NCBI GenBank assembly: GCA_964016885.1
Contig: OZ024740.1
Location: forward strand, 99,882,001-99,946,000
Direction of reading: 5' to 3'
DNA: 64,000 nt
Source: Eledone cirrhosa
Taxonomy: Eukaryota
The position numbers were made by a program, and so were the translations under genes. Position 1 is the stretch's first letter. Each line of letters begins with the position of its first letter. This document shows, piece after piece, positions 62,401 through 64,000 of this stretch. The notes under the pieces are model-generated. The model did not search any database and was not told the DNA's origin. It was given only the letters and a program-made list of their open reading frames with translations.

Positions 62401-63059
62401 ATCATTAAGTGTGGAACAACATGAAATAATCCATGTGGTCATGTATTTTTAACAATGTGGCTAGCTCCATTGCTTCCGTATGTATATTGTTATATGTTGC
62501 AATGTTATTTTCCCGTATATGTTTTTGATATTGTTAGACAGGAGCCTGTTGTATTTTGTGGTGCTTGTCTTGTATATGTTCTTTGTTTTAACAGTGAGAA
62601 TTTTTATATCAGGAGATTGTTTAAATGGTGTCATGTAATTATTCTAACTATTTCTGAAAAAAGAGGAGTGGTGCCAAAACCTTTTTAATCAGCTGAAAGA
62701 ATTCCACTTCAAAGTTCTCAAAATTGTTTATCTAAGAAGGGTTACTTTTGTGACTTAAATCCAAATTTATCTCCTGGTATGTTGGTGAACACATTCTAAA
62801 ATCAGTAAACATTCAAGTGTATCTACATGATAGTGCGTTCCATGGTCTCAATAAGATGTGTTATTTAAAGCTTCCTTGAAGATATCTGAATGTTGTTCAG
62901 CAGATATACAACAAGGCTGCCACTACATCATTAATCTTTTTATCATCTTAGATAAAGATAGGGCTCAACAAATGGATCTGTTATGCAGATAGGTATACAA
63001 ACAGAATATAAGTGCATGCAACACTTGTCGCAATGATTAAAACTATATATGGGTATGAA

Positions 63060-64000
63060 ATGATGATGGGTTAGGTAGTGTAGTCATTCTATCAACTGAG
63101 AAATAGATACATAAAGTAATAGAGGAAATTAGTATGACAAAACTATGAAGCAAGAATAATTGAAAGGAATAGAATGGTGACAATTACCTCTATATATGCA
63201 TCCCAAGCAGGACTGTAAAGAACGAAAGGACTGTTTCTATGAAGAGATTTTACAAACAACTTCAGTTACTAATGGCAGAGGACTCATCATCATGGCAAGC
63301 GACTTCAATGGACATGTTGGGCAGTACCATGATGGAGTCATTGGAATTACATGGTGGATATGATTATGGCTGAAGTAAGGAAGTAGGAGTTAGGCTCCTA
63401 GAATTTTACGATCCAAATGAACTAACTAGTTGCAATACTAGTTTCAGGAAACCTGTTAGCCATCTAATCAAATACCAATCAGAATAATACACAAGCCATA
63501 TTGACATCTTACTTGTAAGAAAACAAAATAGACAGAGGGTTATAAATGCTAAGACAACCCTCAATACAATACAAAAAGTTAAATATTAGCAACAACAGAA
63601 TAAACACTAGCCAAAACAAGGCATGCAGGAATATATGGAGATCGGGGTGTTTGGAACCTAAAGAACCTGTCTGTTAATAGGTTTAGAAAGGCTCTACAGG
63701 ATGTATATGATGAGAGGAGAGAGAAATTAGGTACATATGATAGAAAAGACAGTTGAAAATGTGTATGTGATAACCTATTGCTAACTACTGATGAGACTAG
63801 TGGATGGGGCAAATCACCAGCCAGACAGAAGATGAATTGGTGTGGAATGGTATAGTAGATAGAGCCTTTAAGGTCAGGAGACGGGTGTGGAAAGAATGGA
63901 AAAATGGTGGTAACAGGGACCAGTATGAGGTAACTAACAGAGAAACTAAATGACAAGTATACATACCATGGAAAGAGGCAGAAAGAAGAAAGTTTGCCAA
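63060..64000 (+). mobile_element. Decayed RTE LINE (APE region), runs off window
   Basis: SIYASQAGL, IMASDFNGHVG, LLEFYD.NEL..CNTSFRKPVSHLI.YQS. Confidence 0.8.

Overview
AT-rich, repeat-dense eukaryotic genomic DNA. The SINE/RTE/Penelope/microsatellite mix resembles a cephalopod (Octopus-like) genome, but that assignment is inference. I cannot confidently identify any host protein-coding gene. Nearly all ORF-track entries are microsatellite translations or retroelement debris. The window contains more than 10 copies of a young tRNA-derived SINE, several RTE-clade LINE copies (largest 57.27-60.66 kb, minus), an internally deleted Tx1/L1-type LINE, a CRE-like RLE fragment, Penelope-like (GIY-YIG) remnants, a non-autonomous LTR element primed by tRNA-Trp, satellites and microsatellites. 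The main hidden signal is a set of type I hammerhead ribozyme (HHR) motifs. One retrozyme-like element has two HHRs exactly 860 nt apart (6317-7450), each with an enlarged, branched domain II, and several fold-back elements also carry HHR cores. Also notable are an extended and duplicated tRNA-Trp PBS, an array of about 12 GC-rich hairpin units in an RTE-tailed element, and a possible SINE-Tx1 partnership. All coordinates were read by eye and boundaries of degraded repeats are approximate.
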